In this document: positions 23,370 through 38,731 of the stretch, in pieces
Layout of the letters: the number at the start of each line of letters is the position of its first letter
Position numbering within the stretch: position 1 is the first letter of the stretch
Source of the DNA: Alloascoidea hylecoeti
Taxonomy: Eukaryota
Length of the DNA: 64,000 nucleotides
Assembly (NCBI GenBank): GCA_001600815.1
Contig: BCKZ01000025.1
Location: forward strand, 1-64,000
Direction of reading: 5' to 3'
The notes under the pieces: generated by a model
The model's input: only the letters and a program-made list of their open reading frames with translations
Database searches by the model: none
Told to the model about the DNA's origin: nothing
Made by a program: the position numbers and the translations under genes

Positions 23370-24485
23370 ATGTCAGACCCTGTTAAAGAAAAACCAGAAC
23401 CTGAGAAGAAGAAGAATACTTTATATGGAGAGGTCTTAACTAAAGATAATGCAGTTGAAGCTTTAAAATTAGTTGGAGAGACATTAAATGCGAAAGGAGG
23501 AGAATGTAATAAATTTTTATTTCGACATCCTTTAACTGGTGGTCAAGTGATAGTTTTATTAGGTATTATTGTTTGGCAGTTATGTTCAAAAGGTGATGGT
23601 ATTTCAAGTTGGTCGGATTTAAAAGGTGAAATAGGAACTCTTTTATTATCAGTTTCTGGTATTGTTATTGCAATTTTATCTTTAACAAGTAGATTAAGTG
23701 AATTTTTAGGTAAAGAAACTGATGAACTAATTAATAAAAAGAATGAAGAAATATTTGGTGTTAAAATTAATGATATTTTATCACCAATAAATAAAAAACA
23801 AGATCAATTAAAATATGATGAAATTACAAAAAATACTGAAGTTGTTCATTTTAATAATGAAATTATTGCTGTTGTTTCAATAGCTGATAGTCCAAACTTT
23901 GAAAAATTATCAAGATCAACTAATAACAATGTTTCTGAAACTTCTGGTGCTGATATTAAAAAACCATCTTCAAAATCATTAAAATCAAAAGCAAAGAAAT
24001 CAAAAAATATAATACGTTCATCATCACCTACTGAAACAACTTTAGAAGTTGATATTACTGCGTTAGCCGTTAAATTCCGTTATTCAAGAGCAGGAATGGC
24101 AAATGATCTAATTGATTGGGTTATAGCAAGATCAATATCAATCTATGAACAACATTTTAATTTAAAATTTGATATTGTAAAAGGTGGACAGATATCAAAA
24201 AATTTACCAACACAAAAATTAAGTACAAATTCTCCATTAATTAATTTAAATGGTAATGAAACTAAAACAATTTTAAATAAAAAAAATTCAAAACCAATTG
24301 TTTCAATATTTATGGAATGTTATTCATTTGAAAAAAATTTACAAGACGTTTTAATTTCTAAAAATTTTAATTTAATTGATACTAAAAAATTAGATAAAAA
24401 ATTATTGATTGGTAAATTATATGGTGTTCATAAAAAAATATTTAAATTGGATATTTTTATTAATGATATTAAATCTAATGTTTAA
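23370..24485 (+). CDS. PHO86: Pho86-like ER membrane protein; ATG at 23370
   Basis: EALKLVGE...NKFLFRHP, two hydrophobic segments, GNAT-like C-terminal pattern (ITALAVKFRYSRAGMANDLIDW; CYSFEKNL). Confidence 0.7.
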   Translation: MSDPVKEKPEPEKKKNTLYGEVLTKDNAVEALKLVGETLNAKGGECNKFLFRHPLTGGQVIVLLGIIVWQLCSKGDGISSWSDLKGEIGTLLLSVSGIVIAILSLTSRLSEFLGKETDELINKKNEEIFGVKINDILSPINKKQDQLKYDEITKNTEVVHFNNEIIAVVSIADSPNFEKLSRSTNNNVSETSGADIKKPSSKSLKSKAKKSKNIIRSSSPTETTLEVDITALAVKFRYSRAGMANDLIDWVIARSISIYEQHFNLKFDIVKGGQISKNLPTQKLSTNSPLINLNGNETKTILNKKNSKPIVSIFMECYSFEKNLQDVLISKNFNLIDTKKLDKKLLIGKLYGVHKKIFKLDIFINDIKSNV

Positions 24486-25731
24486 TATTAATTACCTTAA
24501 ACTTAAAAGTTAATACGTTTTTTTTATAGTTAAAGATTATAATTTAGTTTTTTAATATTAATGCTTTTTTCTTAACCATTCATCATCTGCCAATTTATTG
24601 GTTCTACTACATCATGTACTACGATTTAGCGCTACATTTAAAAATTATTTACCCCAGATATTTAGAATTAATTGGTAAAGAGATAAGAACTTATTCACAA
24701 CACCTATATACCAGCTAGATTTTTTCGATCATATTATAATTAGATGGTCATGGTATAAGTGTTGCTGTGATTTGGGACTATTCATGTTATATTTACTACT
24801 GGTAGTTTTCGATTCCAAGTAAATAGCAGATTGGGAAGAAAGAATGAGGATTCAACCAAATGACATCAAAAATTGATCCTGAGACCAATAACCTTGAACA
24901 ATATAACCTTACAATCAGAATAACTTTATAAAAGGATGCAATCCTAACGGAAATATACCTTTTCCTTAGCTGTCGTCTATTACCTCTCCTTTTTTAACTT
25001 CTATTAATAGCAAAGAAATCAACGTTGCAAATTATCAATCTATTATCTCGTTTTCTAAGCTTTTATTCTACTCTCAATTTATTGAACCTGTTTCTTCTGT
25101 GATGCTTGGCTTAATCCCAGTTGATACCCCAAAACTTTGTTCTGCTAATCTAGTTATCTTTATTTTACCCATCTAAATCAATCATCTGTAAGAAAATTCA
25201 GCATATCTTCATTTTGGAATACTATTCAAATCATTACCCATAGAATAATACTAACTTTGAAATCTTCAATCATGTATCTATAGCTGATCTTCCATGCCAT
25301 TTCTTACAAAATTTTTATGAAAATTCAAATCGTAATTTATAATCCTAATTAAAAACTAAATATGAAAATCAAACATTTTTCCAATTACAGATTTTTGAGG
25401 AAATCCCACATATTGTGAAAACCCTCAAAATCTATTTCCCCTTGATCTGTTATGGTTAGTCGATTTTGTGGAAGAATCCTCGATTTTTGAGATAAGAAGG
25501 GTGCTATGTTTGAATTCTATCGGTGCTAACTTCATAGATGTATCAGAGCCACTCAAAGCACTAAATCCACTGGAAAAGTTGAATGATCCATCTTCTAGCG
25601 TTAATTCAGTGGGGTTTCAAGATGGTACCTATATAAGACACATAGAATTTGTAAGCATTTTATTATAAAATATATACAGAATATTCATAGTCGTCACTTG
25701 GTATTGTTGTATATATAATTAGTCATAAAGT

Positions 25732-26197
25732 CTAAAGTCTACCTCTACGAAGAAACTTACATCTATTCTTGTTTCTTTTAATCAACCCTATATATAACTC
25801 TATAGCTATGCCTAGTTATATTAGCGATATGCGCGTTATAATTAAATGTATGAAGATAAAAAGTAGTTGTTCAATAAATATTATAGGTAGTCTTTATGAA
25901 TTGTTTAAAATCCCAAATAATTTTTCTTCTCTGTCAATCGCTTCTGTGTCCTTTGATTTTGATTCCTCTTTATAGCTAGAAGAATTGTCTTTTACATAAT
26001 CACTTTCTTTCTCAGCGCTTTGATTGGGTTTAGCTGAATTTTTTTGTTCGATCCGGTGTCAGAACTATGGGGGGGTTTCTTGACCTGAGTTACCAGAGGT
26101 TGATTCAGAATTACCAGGTTACCCATTGTTTAATAAGTTTTGAATAAATTTAATAAAGTAATTGTTTGTAAAAAAGAATTAGTAAAATATTATTCAT
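25732..26197 (-). pseudogene. Decayed ORF reading away from tRNA-Trp
   Basis: TTTATAAA at 26224-26231; ATG at 26197 with an apparent 1-nt slip in a T run; one frame of ~140 codons with 5 internal stops (NNG*PGNSESTSGNSGQETPP*F*HRIEQKNSAKP...). Confidence 0.5.
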
Positions 26198-26295
26198 TTT
26201 AGTAAGGGGGAATCCTTCCTCTCTTTATAAAGGCAATAATTCTAGACTTCAATTTTATTAATTGTCTGTCTATTTATTTTTTAAACCTTTTATAA

Positions 26296-26550
26296 CTTAT
26301 ATAGTGAAATTAAAACCTCTATATCTAATCTTCTTATTATTTTTATATGTTCTTGACATATGTCTTTCTTCTCTTCTTTCGTTCCTTTTACCTAGACCAA
26401 TAGCAAATATTTTTTTAATCTTTCATATATGTTCCAATTAAATTATATAACTAGAGACTATATAAATTTTGAGGAAATCTCTACTATATATAGTAAAATA
26501 AAAACCTCTATATCTATTCATCTTATTATTTTTATATGTTTTTGACATAC
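26296..26550 (+). repeat. tRNA-upstream module, copy A (core 26421-26509), with a partial tandem copy at 26296-26360
   Basis: Core matches 39202-39290 at 85 of 89 positions; 26296-26360 duplicates 26487-26550. Confidence 0.85.
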
Positions 26551-26616
26551 ATAGCGAATAAAGAGTGTATCAAATATTAGATAGCAACATATGTATTATC
26601 ACAACTTCATGAAAGT

Positions 26617-26700
26617 GATGCGGTGGCTCAATGGTAGAGCTTTCGACTCCAGCTGGTGGTTGTAATCGAAGGGTTGCAGGTTCAATTCCTGTCCGTGTCA
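26617..26700 (+). tRNA. tRNA-Trp(CCA) with a 12-nt intron
   Basis: GATGCGG/CCGTGTC acceptor stem; TTCGA-CT-CCA-G [CTGGTGGTTGTA] A-TCGAA anticodon arm; GGTTCAATTCC B box; T-run terminator. Confidence 0.95.
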
Positions 26701-26840
26701 TTAGTTTTTTCATATTTTATGGTGCCTTACACGTGATCACACATTAGTCAGCCTGCCACCACACAATCTGTTTTCGATTTATACATATTTTTATTCTAAT
26801 TATTTTTATCACTTACTCTTTTTATATCAATCTTTAAACT

Positions 26841-27626
26841 ATGGAACATATACCTTTTGAATGGGTTCGGGAAGTGCCACCGGTTACACGTGCTTGGTTA
26901 GGGCTGGCAATAACCACATCATTAGCCGAACACTCTGGTATTCTGAATCCCTTAATATTACGTTATAATTACAATCTAGTCTTCAATAAACATGAATATT
27001 GGAGGCTTTTTACATCTTTTTGTTATTTTGGATCATTAAATATAGATCTAATATTTAAATTATTTTTTGTTTCGAGATATTCAAGATCTTTAGAAGAACA
27101 TTATTCATCGATTGTTATACCTGGGCATTATCTTTGGATTTTAGGTGTTTGTGCTTTTACAATATTAAATATTAATTCATGGTTTTCTCATAGTAGGATG
27201 GTTTTTTTAGGAAATCAATTATGTCAAACTGCTTTATATTATTGGTGTAGAAAAAATACAAATGCAAGATTATCATTATTTGGGGTTTTAAATTTTAGAG
27301 CACCATATTTACCATGGATTTTATTAGGTATTACAATTTTAATGGGAATTACTGAAACTTCTGCATCTGGTATTACTTTTTCTTTGAAGTCTTTAAGTTG
27401 GATATGGACTTGTGATGAAATGATTGGAATCATTGTTGGTCATTGTTTATTTTATCTTGAAGAAATTATTCCAAAGTTACATGGGAAAAGATTTTTATTA
27501 CCTCCATGGGCCTATATTCATGATAATGAAAATAATGTTGTAGTTGAACATATGAATGCTTTAAGAGATCTGGCAAATGAAGCTATTATTGCAAATAGGG
27601 AAGTTGATGATGTGGAAGAGTTATGA
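26841..27626 (+). CDS. DER1: Derlin family ERAD protein
   Basis: PPVTRAW, EYWRLFTSFCYFG, RYSRSLEE, FRAPYLPW, GIIVGH. Confidence 0.88.
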   Translation: MEHIPFEWVREVPPVTRAWLGLAITTSLAEHSGILNPLILRYNYNLVFNKHEYWRLFTSFCYFGSLNIDLIFKLFFVSRYSRSLEEHYSSIVIPGHYLWILGVCAFTILNINSWFSHSRMVFLGNQLCQTALYYWCRKNTNARLSLFGVLNFRAPYLPWILLGITILMGITETSASGITFSLKSLSWIWTCDEMIGIIVGHCLFYLEEIIPKLHGKRFLLPPWAYIHDNENNVVVEHMNALRDLANEAIIANREVDDVEEL

Positions 27627-27999
27627 TAAATAATTATAAGGTTTAAATCAATATATTTATACCATTATGTTATTTTCTTATTTTTGATTGATGATATTTA
27701 CCAATATGCTTTGCTTCATTTTTTATGGCTCACAATCTACATGGCTTAGATTTACACACTTCAGTTTGCAACTGCTGGTTTCCTGATGACTTTGTTGGAT
27801 GCTTCAGGTTTAAATACTAACACGGTTAATTTTACAACTAAAATGAGATTACGAACAACAATAAAACCAAATTCCAAGTCAGGTTACAACTAAATACCAT
27901 GCAAATATGTATATCCATAACATCAATATAACACTCATAATCTATAATCTTTAACAGCTATCTTAATCAAACCTTCTCAAATTCCGTAGCAGTAATACT

Positions 28000-29001
28000 T
28001 CAACCATTCCCATTGCTAATTGATTCTTTAATCATTGGAGTCATATTATATTTCTTTAATATTTCATCCTCTTTTTCATCAACACCAGTTCCATAATTAT
28101 CATACATTAAATGTAAATTTAAATTTCTCATAAATAAAAATCTTTTAATTCTTTCTTCTTGTGATGTACCAAAACCATAATTTTCGTAAGCTAAATTTAA
28201 ATCAGCTAAGCATTTATTATGAACAATTAATTGTTCATCATTTATTAATTTTGATCTTTTAATTGCAAATAATAATTGTAAATAAGTTATTGAAGCTGAT
28301 AAAAAAATTAATGCACAAACAATTGTCCATTTATTTGTATAAAAATCTTCATTTTCTGTTTTAATATTTGAATTTGACTGTTTATGATATGGATTATATC
28401 CATATCTATATTTTAAATCTTCATAATCTTCCCAGTTACTTGCTTTCCAGTATGCATCGGTACCATAATAAGCTGTATTTCGATGTGAGCGTGTACTGTT
28501 ATCATTGTTTTGTGTATTGTGTACAACAGATTCCCAACCGGTTCTATAACGGTCATATAAACTACGTTTATTAGAGTCGTTGAGTATAGTATACGCAGCA
28601 TTTACTTTTTTGAAACGTTCTAGGCGTATTTTTTCATTTTTTTTATTAATATTACCGATACCATGAATATTAACTGATTTTTGGGAATTTGAATCAGGAT
28701 GATAAGCCCGAGCTAGAAGATGATAAGTTCTTTTTAATTTTTTAATATCAAATTTAGAAGGATCAATATTAAATATTTCATATGGTGTTGGATTTTTTGA
28801 AGTCGGCCATTTTGGAATATTTAAATGTTGTCGGTTATTTGATTTTGGGTTGTTATCACTAATAGACCTACCGGAGATTGAATGTGCGGATCGGAGTAAA
28901 ACAAATGGTGTGGTTGGGAATTTTATCAGGTATTTATTGGTATTATAAGAACTAGAGAGTTTATTAGTATTACTAGTACTATATCTAATGAGGAGTCTCA
29001 T
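28000..29001 (-). CDS. JID1: Mitochondrial J-domain protein, Jid1-like; ATG at 29001
   Basis: WPTSKNPTPYEIF, LARAYHPD, ERFKKVNAAYTIL, YWKASNWEDY, one TM segment, ERIKRFL. Confidence 0.85.
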   Translation of the reverse strand: MRLLIRYSTSNTNKLSSSYNTNKYLIKFPTTPFVLLRSAHSISGRSISDNNPKSNNRQHLNIPKWPTSKNPTPYEIFNIDPSKFDIKKLKRTYHLLARAYHPDSNSQKSVNIHGIGNINKKNEKIRLERFKKVNAAYTILNDSNKRSLYDRYRTGWESVVHNTQNNDNSTRSHRNTAYYGTDAYWKASNWEDYEDLKYRYGYNPYHKQSNSNIKTENEDFYTNKWTIVCALIFLSASITYLQLLFAIKRSKLINDEQLIVHNKCLADLNLAYENYGFGTSQEERIKRFLFMRNLNLHLMYDNYGTGVDEKEDEILKKYNMTPMIKESISNGNG

Positions 29002-29344
29002 TATGAGATTGTACGAGTAAATATTAAGAAGGTAAGAGCAAAGTTTTAGAAGATGAGCATATTTAGTCTTTTCTTGGTTATCTATACCGACCAATGTATT
29101 GTTATTTTTACCAAAGATCAGCAGCAAATATTAACAAAATAAAACCGTATACATTTACTATTGAATTAATAGGATACTAATATTTAAAAATATTTATATA
29201 TTTTTATTTATTTATTTATTTATTTATTCATTTATTTATTTTATGTTTATTGTTGACTGGCGATGGTGTTCACGTGCGGCCATATTTAAGCTTAAACTGT
29301 AAATAATTTATTTATCTATTTCTCCAGAAAACCTTCCAATATTA

Positions 29345-30864
<1,520 letters not shown>

Positions 30865-31026
30865 AGATCTGTGTGGCGTATGGGTGTTTTTATTTGTATA
30901 TCATATTAAACCTTTCAAACATATCTTATTATCATTGAATATAAATATTCAGTCTCCTTCACCATTAAATTCGTATATTTACTGCGATATAGAAATATCT
31001 ATATTTCAGAATAGAATATTAGTAAG

Positions 31027-34000
31027 ATGGGTGCTCAACTTTCTATAATAACTCCATCGGCACCTACGATAGCAATTAATTCATATACCTCAGAGTTATC
31101 AAATATTCATTATGAGAAAACAATAAGTAATGGAAGATTTTTAAAAACAATAAAAGCTGCTAGTGTAGATGGGAAAGTAATTGTTAAGATTTTTATTAAA
31201 CCTGATGAAGGATTTAAACTGGATAAGATTGGAAAACAATTACAAAGTATGGTTTTATTTCTTATCTTTCTTATAAATTTTAAATCTATTGAAATGATGA
31301 AGGCTAACATGAATTATAGAGTTACGGAGTAAACTATTAGAAATAAGAGGAACTGTGCCTTACGTAGGGATAGTTGAAACTGAAAGAGCTGGTTATTTAG
31401 TAAAACAATACTTTTGTTCAAATTTATATGATAGATTAAGGTATGTTGATAATCTCTATATGATTATACAAAATAATTAATTAACATCTTATAATAGTAC
31501 TCGACCATTTCTTGAATTAATTGATAAAAAATGGATGGCTTTTCAATTAATTAAAGCATTATCAAATTGTCATTCAGAAGATATAATACATGGTGATATT
31601 AAATTAGAAAATATAATGGTTACTTCATTTAATACAATATATTTAACTGATTTTTCAAGTATTTTAAAACCTATTTTTTTACCTGAAGATGATCCTGGTT
31701 TATTTTCATTTTATTTTGATACTTCTGGCAGAAGATGTTGTTATTTGGCTCCTGAAAGGTTTGAAAAGAGGAAAATGTCTAATGCTACTTCAGCTATAAT
31801 TGAAGGTGATAATAATCTAAACGAAAATGACAATTCCAATTCTAATGACAATCAAAATCAAAATCAAAATCAAAATCAAAATCAAAATCAAAATCAAAAT
31901 AACAATGAAACAACTAAAGGAAGATCAATAAATACAAAAATGGATATCTTTAGTTTAGGTTGTGTATTGGCCGAATTATTTTTAGATGGTGCTCCAATCT
32001 TTACACTTGCTCAAATATTTAAATATAAAAGAGGTGAATATAAACCTGACATATCTGGAATTGAGGACCAATGGATACGGGAAATGATATTAAGTATGAT
32101 TAGTTTAAACCCTAATGATAGATTAGAAGCAAAAGAATACTTGGACAAATATTTATATCATGATGAAAAGCATACACAACAACAACAATTAAATGAAAAC
32201 GATAACATAACTGACTCTAATTGGATATTTCCTTCTTATTTTAATGATTTTCTTTATGATTATGTTATGGAATTAAGTAATAAAGAACTAAGCCATGAAG
32301 AATTTGAAATGATGATGATGGATAATGACAATAATGATAAAAAATTAATTGTTAGTGATGTTCGACTACGACATCTTTATGATGAATATAATATTTTTTC
32401 ACATCATTTAGGATTTGAAACAAAAACAGAAATTGAAAATAATATAAAAATTGGAATTATAGATATGTTTCCTGTTGTTTTATCATTTCCTGGTAATAAT
32501 CCATTTATACCAAAACCAAATGATTCTAATAATGGTGGTAATGAAGGTGCTGAAATTATTCTTAATATTGTTTTATCATCATTAAGAAATACAGTTAGAG
32601 CTACTTCAAGATTAAAAGGTTGTGAATTAATCTTAGCACTCGGCAGTAAAATTAATGATGAAGCAAAATTAGATAAATGTTTACCATATTTAATGATTTT
32701 ATTGGATGATAAGGTACCACAGATTAGAGCTTATGCTTTAAGATGTATAACAACATTATTATCATTAGTTCAAAATTTAACACAAATAAATGTGATTATT
32801 TTTCCTGAATATATTATACCAAAACTAAAAGTATTATTAAATTCAAAATCTGGTTATGTTAGAATGGTACTAGCAAATTGTTTACCTGTACTTGCAAATA
32901 CAGCATTAAAATTTCAGAATCTTGCCAAGTATCTATCATTACACAAAAATGCCAATAATAACATTAATGTTAATATAAATGATAATAGTTCTAATAATGC
33001 TTATTCATCAGTTGATATTGATCCAGATACAGAAAATGGTATATCGATTGTTAATGAATCTTTTAAATTCAATGACTCCTATCCTAAAAAACTAATAATA
33101 ATGTTTGAAAGTATATCGGTTGGTTTATTAACTGATCAAGATCCTGCAGTTAAAATATCATTATTAAGAAATATTGTACCATTATGTTTATTTTTTGGTA
33201 AAGATAAAACTAATGATGTTATATTAAGTCATTTAATTACTTATCTCAACGATAAAAATGATCATATAAGATTAGCATTTGTTGAAGCAATGATTGAATT
33301 ATCAGTTTATGTTGGAGTTACATCATTAGAACATTATATACTACCATTATTGATACAAACATTAACTGATCCTGAAGAATCTGTTGTTATTGCAGTGATC
33401 AGAGCTTTCATTTCATTTGTTGAAGCAGGGTTAATTAAATCTCAATTTTTACCTGATTTAACAAAAACAATTGTTAAATTTATATTACATCCAAATAATT
33501 GGATAAGATATTTAACAATTGTTTTAATTAATTCTATTACAAAAAAATTAAATCAAGCTGAAATATTTTGTATTTTATATCCAATTATAAGACCAATATT
33601 AGTTTGTGATATTGTTGATTTTTCAATACAAAATTTAATTTTATGTTGTGAAAAATCAATACCAAGACTAGTATTTGATCGTGCTTTTGTATGGGTTACA
33701 AAGCAAGAAGGATCTAATTTTTGGTCAATACAGACTAATAATAATAGTTATTATAATGGTATTAAAACTCCTATCAGACAACAACAACAAGTTAACAATA
33801 ATAAAACCCGTGATTTTTCAATTTCTGGAACTGACAGATCAGGTTCTGAAGAAATGAAAATTGATTTTGTAAAGAGACAAAAATTTACAAATAGAACAAA
33901 AGAAGATATAAATTGGATAAATAAAATAACAATTGCTGGTTTAAATGAATCAAATTTATGGAAACTTATAGTTATGAAAGATTATATTAAAATCGTTTCA

Positions 34001-35920
34001 AGATTAAGTGTAAGATTGAAAAAATCAAATAGTATTTCACCAATGGCTGAATTTAGTGCTTCAGGGGTTTTACCAAATACCATTATATTTGATGAACTTG
34101 ATAAAGAAGCTTATAATATTGGAAAGTTTAATAACATAGCTGGTAGAAGTGGACCAAGAAGAGTATCTACTGTTGTTCCAATTGATGTTCCAGGTGCTAA
34201 AAAACACGGCGATTTCGAAGATAACGATACGGTGCTATCTGTATCTTCTACTACTTCAGCTTTAGCTGCTGCCAGTATTGATATGGACGCAAATTTCAAT
34301 GGTAGTAAAGTCCCTAGTGGGATTTTATTCGATACCAGAAAATCATATCCTTCTGTTAGCATTAACCAAGAAACAGCATTTGGAATGTTGCGAGTGCCCA
34401 CAGATGGGGCAGCTCATGTTTCAATTGGTGGTTCTGATTCTACCTCTTATTTACCTGCTTTTCATGTTAACAAAGCTTCAATTCCTGGTCATAATTATGT
34501 AGGACATAATCCTTATATTCTGAAATTCTTATCATCTATTATATTAGAACCTTCTTTGGATGTTTTTGAAGAATTTGGACCAATTGTGAAAAAATATGAA
34601 GAAGAATTAATGGAGACCTTCTTTTGGGAACCTAAAGGTATATTAATTGGACAGTTAACGGAACATGAACAAAGTGTAGGTCATATCATAGTATCATCAG
34701 ATCATAATTACTTCATTACTGGTAGTGATGATGGTTCTATAAGGGTTTGGGATACCCAGAAATTGGAGAAAAACATATGTACCAAATCATCATTATCAAT
34801 GAAATTTGGGTCTCCTATTAAAAGCATGACTTTTCTTACAGATAGACATTGCTTTGTTGTTGGTACTTCAGATGGACTTGTGAGGGTTATTCGAGTTTAT
34901 ATCTCATTTAAAAATGGTCAAACGCGATTAAGGAAACTTGATATAATCCGCAGTTACCAGATATCATCTAATGATTATGCAACATCTATCTCTTATTCAT
35001 GTCATGAAAATGTGTATCTATTGATAATTTTAACTCCTACTTCAAGCATCATTTTTCTAGATATTCGAACCATGAAAAGATTACACGTTGCGAAAAATCC
35101 TATAACGCATGGTGTTCCAACCTCTATTTGTGTTGATAAGAAAAACTCTTGGTTATTGTTAGGAACATGTCGAGGAGTTTTAGATTTATGGGACTTGAGA
35201 TTCAAATTACACTTAAAATCCTGGAGAATCTCTGGTAATACACCAATAAATAAGATAATATTATCACCAAATTATGGCAAGGAGAAACAGGTTTTTGTAG
35301 TAGGTGGTACAAATCAAAATGAAGTTACAGTCTGGGATGTATGTCGAGGTCAATGTCGTGAAGTTTATCGTGCTGATCCGAGCAATGCACCTGGTAATGG
35401 GTACGAAGCTACTGATCCCGACTCGGATTTTCGAGAGCGTTTATTAGATTTGGATACTTCTATTCCCGAACTTGGTGCAATTGGAGATAGGGGAATTCAA
35501 AGCTTGGCTGTAACAAGCATATCAACAAGTGTTAAAGATGACAGAAGAAATTGCTACATGGTCACAGCAGGAATTGATAGGAAAGTAATATTCTGGAATA
35601 TGCAAAATTGTGAATTATCAAAAACAATTAGTGGTTTACATTCTGGCGAAATGAAACCTAGGTTTGTCAAAACTCATCCAAGTCCTATTTTGACAATGAC
35701 AGCCCAAGAATTCCCTGATAAATCTGGAAATAATCGAACAACTTCAAATCCAAATTCAGAAACGAGGTTGAAATATACGAAGAAAGGATTTATTGCTAAC
35801 GAACAGGAAGAAATTCACATGAATCATCATTTTTTAATTACTGATGTTGCTATTTTGTTAAAACCCTATAAAATTGTTGTATCTGCTGATCGATCTGGGA
35901 TGGTTAAATTGTTTAGGTAA
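31027..35920 (+). CDS. VPS15: Vps15, PI3K regulatory pseudokinase with HEAT and WD40 repeats; exons 31027-31246, 31320-31440, 31498-35920
   Basis: MGAQLS myristoylation start, NLYDRLS-TRPFL, FYFDTSGRRCCYLAPERF, KTNDVILSHLITYLND, WD40 C-terminus. Confidence 0.96.
31850..31900 (+). repeat. (AATCAA)n microsatellite encoding an NQ repeat in VPS15
   Basis: Direct tandem in the sequence. Confidence 0.9.
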
Positions 35921-36043
35921 ATTTTATATAATTATGTAGAATATAATATTAATTATGGTTTTGGTTGGAGGGTTTGTTTCAACTTTCAACTACCTACACT
36001 TACACCCATCATAAAATATATAGTTGCTTTTTTCAATTGGAAT

Positions 36044-38108
36044 ATGGCAGACGATAGTATTATAATTCTGGATGATTTACCAACAATAACCAAATCAACG
36101 TAAGGCTTTTATAAATCATTTTCTTTAAATGTATTATCTATATTAATTAACCAATAATAATTATATGGATTAGTGAAACGATAGAAATTGTTGACTTATC
36201 GTCATCGCCTCAGACAAGACCAATTCCTAAATACACCAACAATAATTTTAAACAATGTAATGAAAATAAGAAAAGAAAGATATCCGATGATCTCAATAAA
36301 GTTGATTTTGAATCATCAAGGAAGATAACGGGGCATCGACCAGCTGTTCGAAATGACTATAATACTTTTCTTCAGAAATCAAAATCTATGATAGAAGGCA
36401 GAACAATGGAAACGGGGGTTAGTATAAGATCAAGCACCTATCAACAGCACAAGGTTTTAGATTTTACACAAATGGATGAAGATGATGCTGATTTCACTCT
36501 ATCGTCCGATATTTTTAGTAGTTCTGCTCCACAATTAGATCTTTATAAAAGAAATATAAACACGAACGCGAACGCGAACACAAACACAAATACAAATTCA
36601 AATACAAATAAAATACTTGATAAAATTAATGATATCCACACTGAAATCTCAAAAACCAGTTCAGTAATAATTGACGATGATAGTGATACTGACACTGATA
36701 ATTTTGATATTCTAAGCGTTCTTGGAAAATATAGGTCTACTAGTTCAAAAGGTAAAACACAAACACAAACACAAACAGAAACGGAAACACGGACACAGCC
36801 ACAAACACAATCAAATATTATATCATCTTCCTCTTTTATAATAGAAACAGACGATGATGCTACTGATTTTGTATCCAAGCCAAAGACGTGTGAGAAGGAG
36901 AAAGTAAGCAAACACTATATTTTTATTATTCAAGGTGTTTTATACTAACATATTCATAGACTAATATTAATGATGAATCGAAAGAAAATGATAACGCGCC
37001 AAAAAAATCTCGAAGAAAGAAAAGAACATCTGAAGAAATAACACAAGATAAATTGATAAAAGAACAACGAAAAAAACTTGAACAGTTTAATAAATCAAGT
37101 TTTCGCAAAGAGGATTTTGTAAAATATATGATTATTGAATTTGATGATGAATTGAAAGATAGTATGATTGTTCGAAATGTAAAGTCACAATTGGAACCAC
37201 TTGATGTCGAAATCAAATTTAAACAATATAATGTAGATAAGTATAAGGACCAAAAAATCAATATAATTAAATGGTATAGGAAAGTTCTTTGCGTTTTTGA
37301 CCCTGAGGATGACTTATTTAAACCTATAAGACCAAAGATTGAATTAGAAGAAAAAGTTGGTATTCATATTGCTGCGGATATATTTATTGGGATGGTATCT
37401 AATGGTGAGTTAGAACAGAACTTTGAATCTATAATTAAAGACCTAGCGGAAACAAATACGATAATATTATTTATTGAGGGGTTTTTCCGAACAATTCAAC
37501 GTATCCAGACCTCAAACAATAGAAGTTACACAAATCAAGTAAGACAGTTAATAGACAACGATGAAAACATCGATAACAATAATACTGGAACAAGTAGTAA
37601 TAAGGCCAACCGAAGAAAAAAAGCGAGTAACAATACTTCTAATTTTATTACTGTTGATGATATTGAAAAGGTTCTTTCTGTTCTACAGATCAAATTCAAT
37701 TGTCGAGTTTTCCCTACATCATCCGAACCAGATACTGGTGAATGGCTTGTCAACATGACAAAAACATTATCCATTGCTCCATTTATAGATAAGTATAAAG
37801 GTAATGATGAACTTTCTCATCTTGGGGTTATTAAACCTGGTAAGGACGCTTTTGATATGTACGTGATTACACTTGAACAAGCTAGAATGGTGACTCCTGG
37901 TGTTTCGAGAGGTATTGCAAATAATTATGGTTCTTTACAACAATTGTATAAAGCATTTAAATCAAACGGCCATGGGATATTGGAGGGAATTCCTATTAGT
38001 AAAATAAATAGTAATATTCCATCAAAAAGGCGGATTGGACCAGCGATCTCGAAAAGTTTACATACTTTATTTACTTGTGAAGACCCCAATGCATTTGTAA
38101 AAATTTAA
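36044..38108 (+). CDS. MMS4: Mms4/Eme1, Mus81 partner with ERCC4-like domain; exons 36044-36099, 36174-36903, 36960-38108
   Basis: IIKWYRKV...FDPEDDLFKP, ILFIEG, KRRIGPAISKSLHTLFTCEDP; two in-frame introns; directly downstream of VPS15 as in S. cerevisiae. Confidence 0.85.
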
Positions 38109-38648
38109 CATTTATGAGCAATTTAAAATAAATGGTATAATAACTCATATATAATTATTATTAATAAATATATATATATTGTTGGTAAAAAATAATCAAT
38201 TGCTCTCATATAAAAAGCATGAAATCAAAAGCGTATCAAATAACGAAGTTTATATGCAATAGCTTGAATTATATATCAAAATACATGTTATATTTCTATT
38301 TCACTTTTCTCACTCTACTATAATATTTATATCACTCTGAACTAGCTGGGCTACCGTTCTGATTAGCAAGTTATAAGATTAAGCGCTTATAAGAAATATA
38401 AAGAATTTTATTACTCATATTTGGTTGCTTTAATTCTTTATAATTATAACTTATAATTATATATTTCATGTTTTGATCAAGCTCTGTTACTATCTTACTC
38501 CAGATCCATTAATTCAGATATATATGTACGGATATAATTATAAATGTCAACAGTATTTTATAAGAGGAATAATAATTAATCATTAAGACTTCTTTAGTAT
38601 CAATTAGCTAATCCTCTCCTTCACGATTAGTAATCAAATCAACGAATC

Positions 38649-38731
38649 GGAGGGTTGGCCGAGTGGTCTAAGGCGGCAGACTTAAGATCTGCTGGACGTT
38701 GTCCGCGCGAGTTCGAACCTCGCATCCTTCA
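38649..38731 (+). tRNA. tRNA-Leu(UAA)
   Basis: GGAGGGTTGGCCGAGTGGTCTAAGGCGGCAGAC-TTAAG-ATCTGC, long variable arm, GTTCGAAC, CATCCTTCA. Confidence 0.96.
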
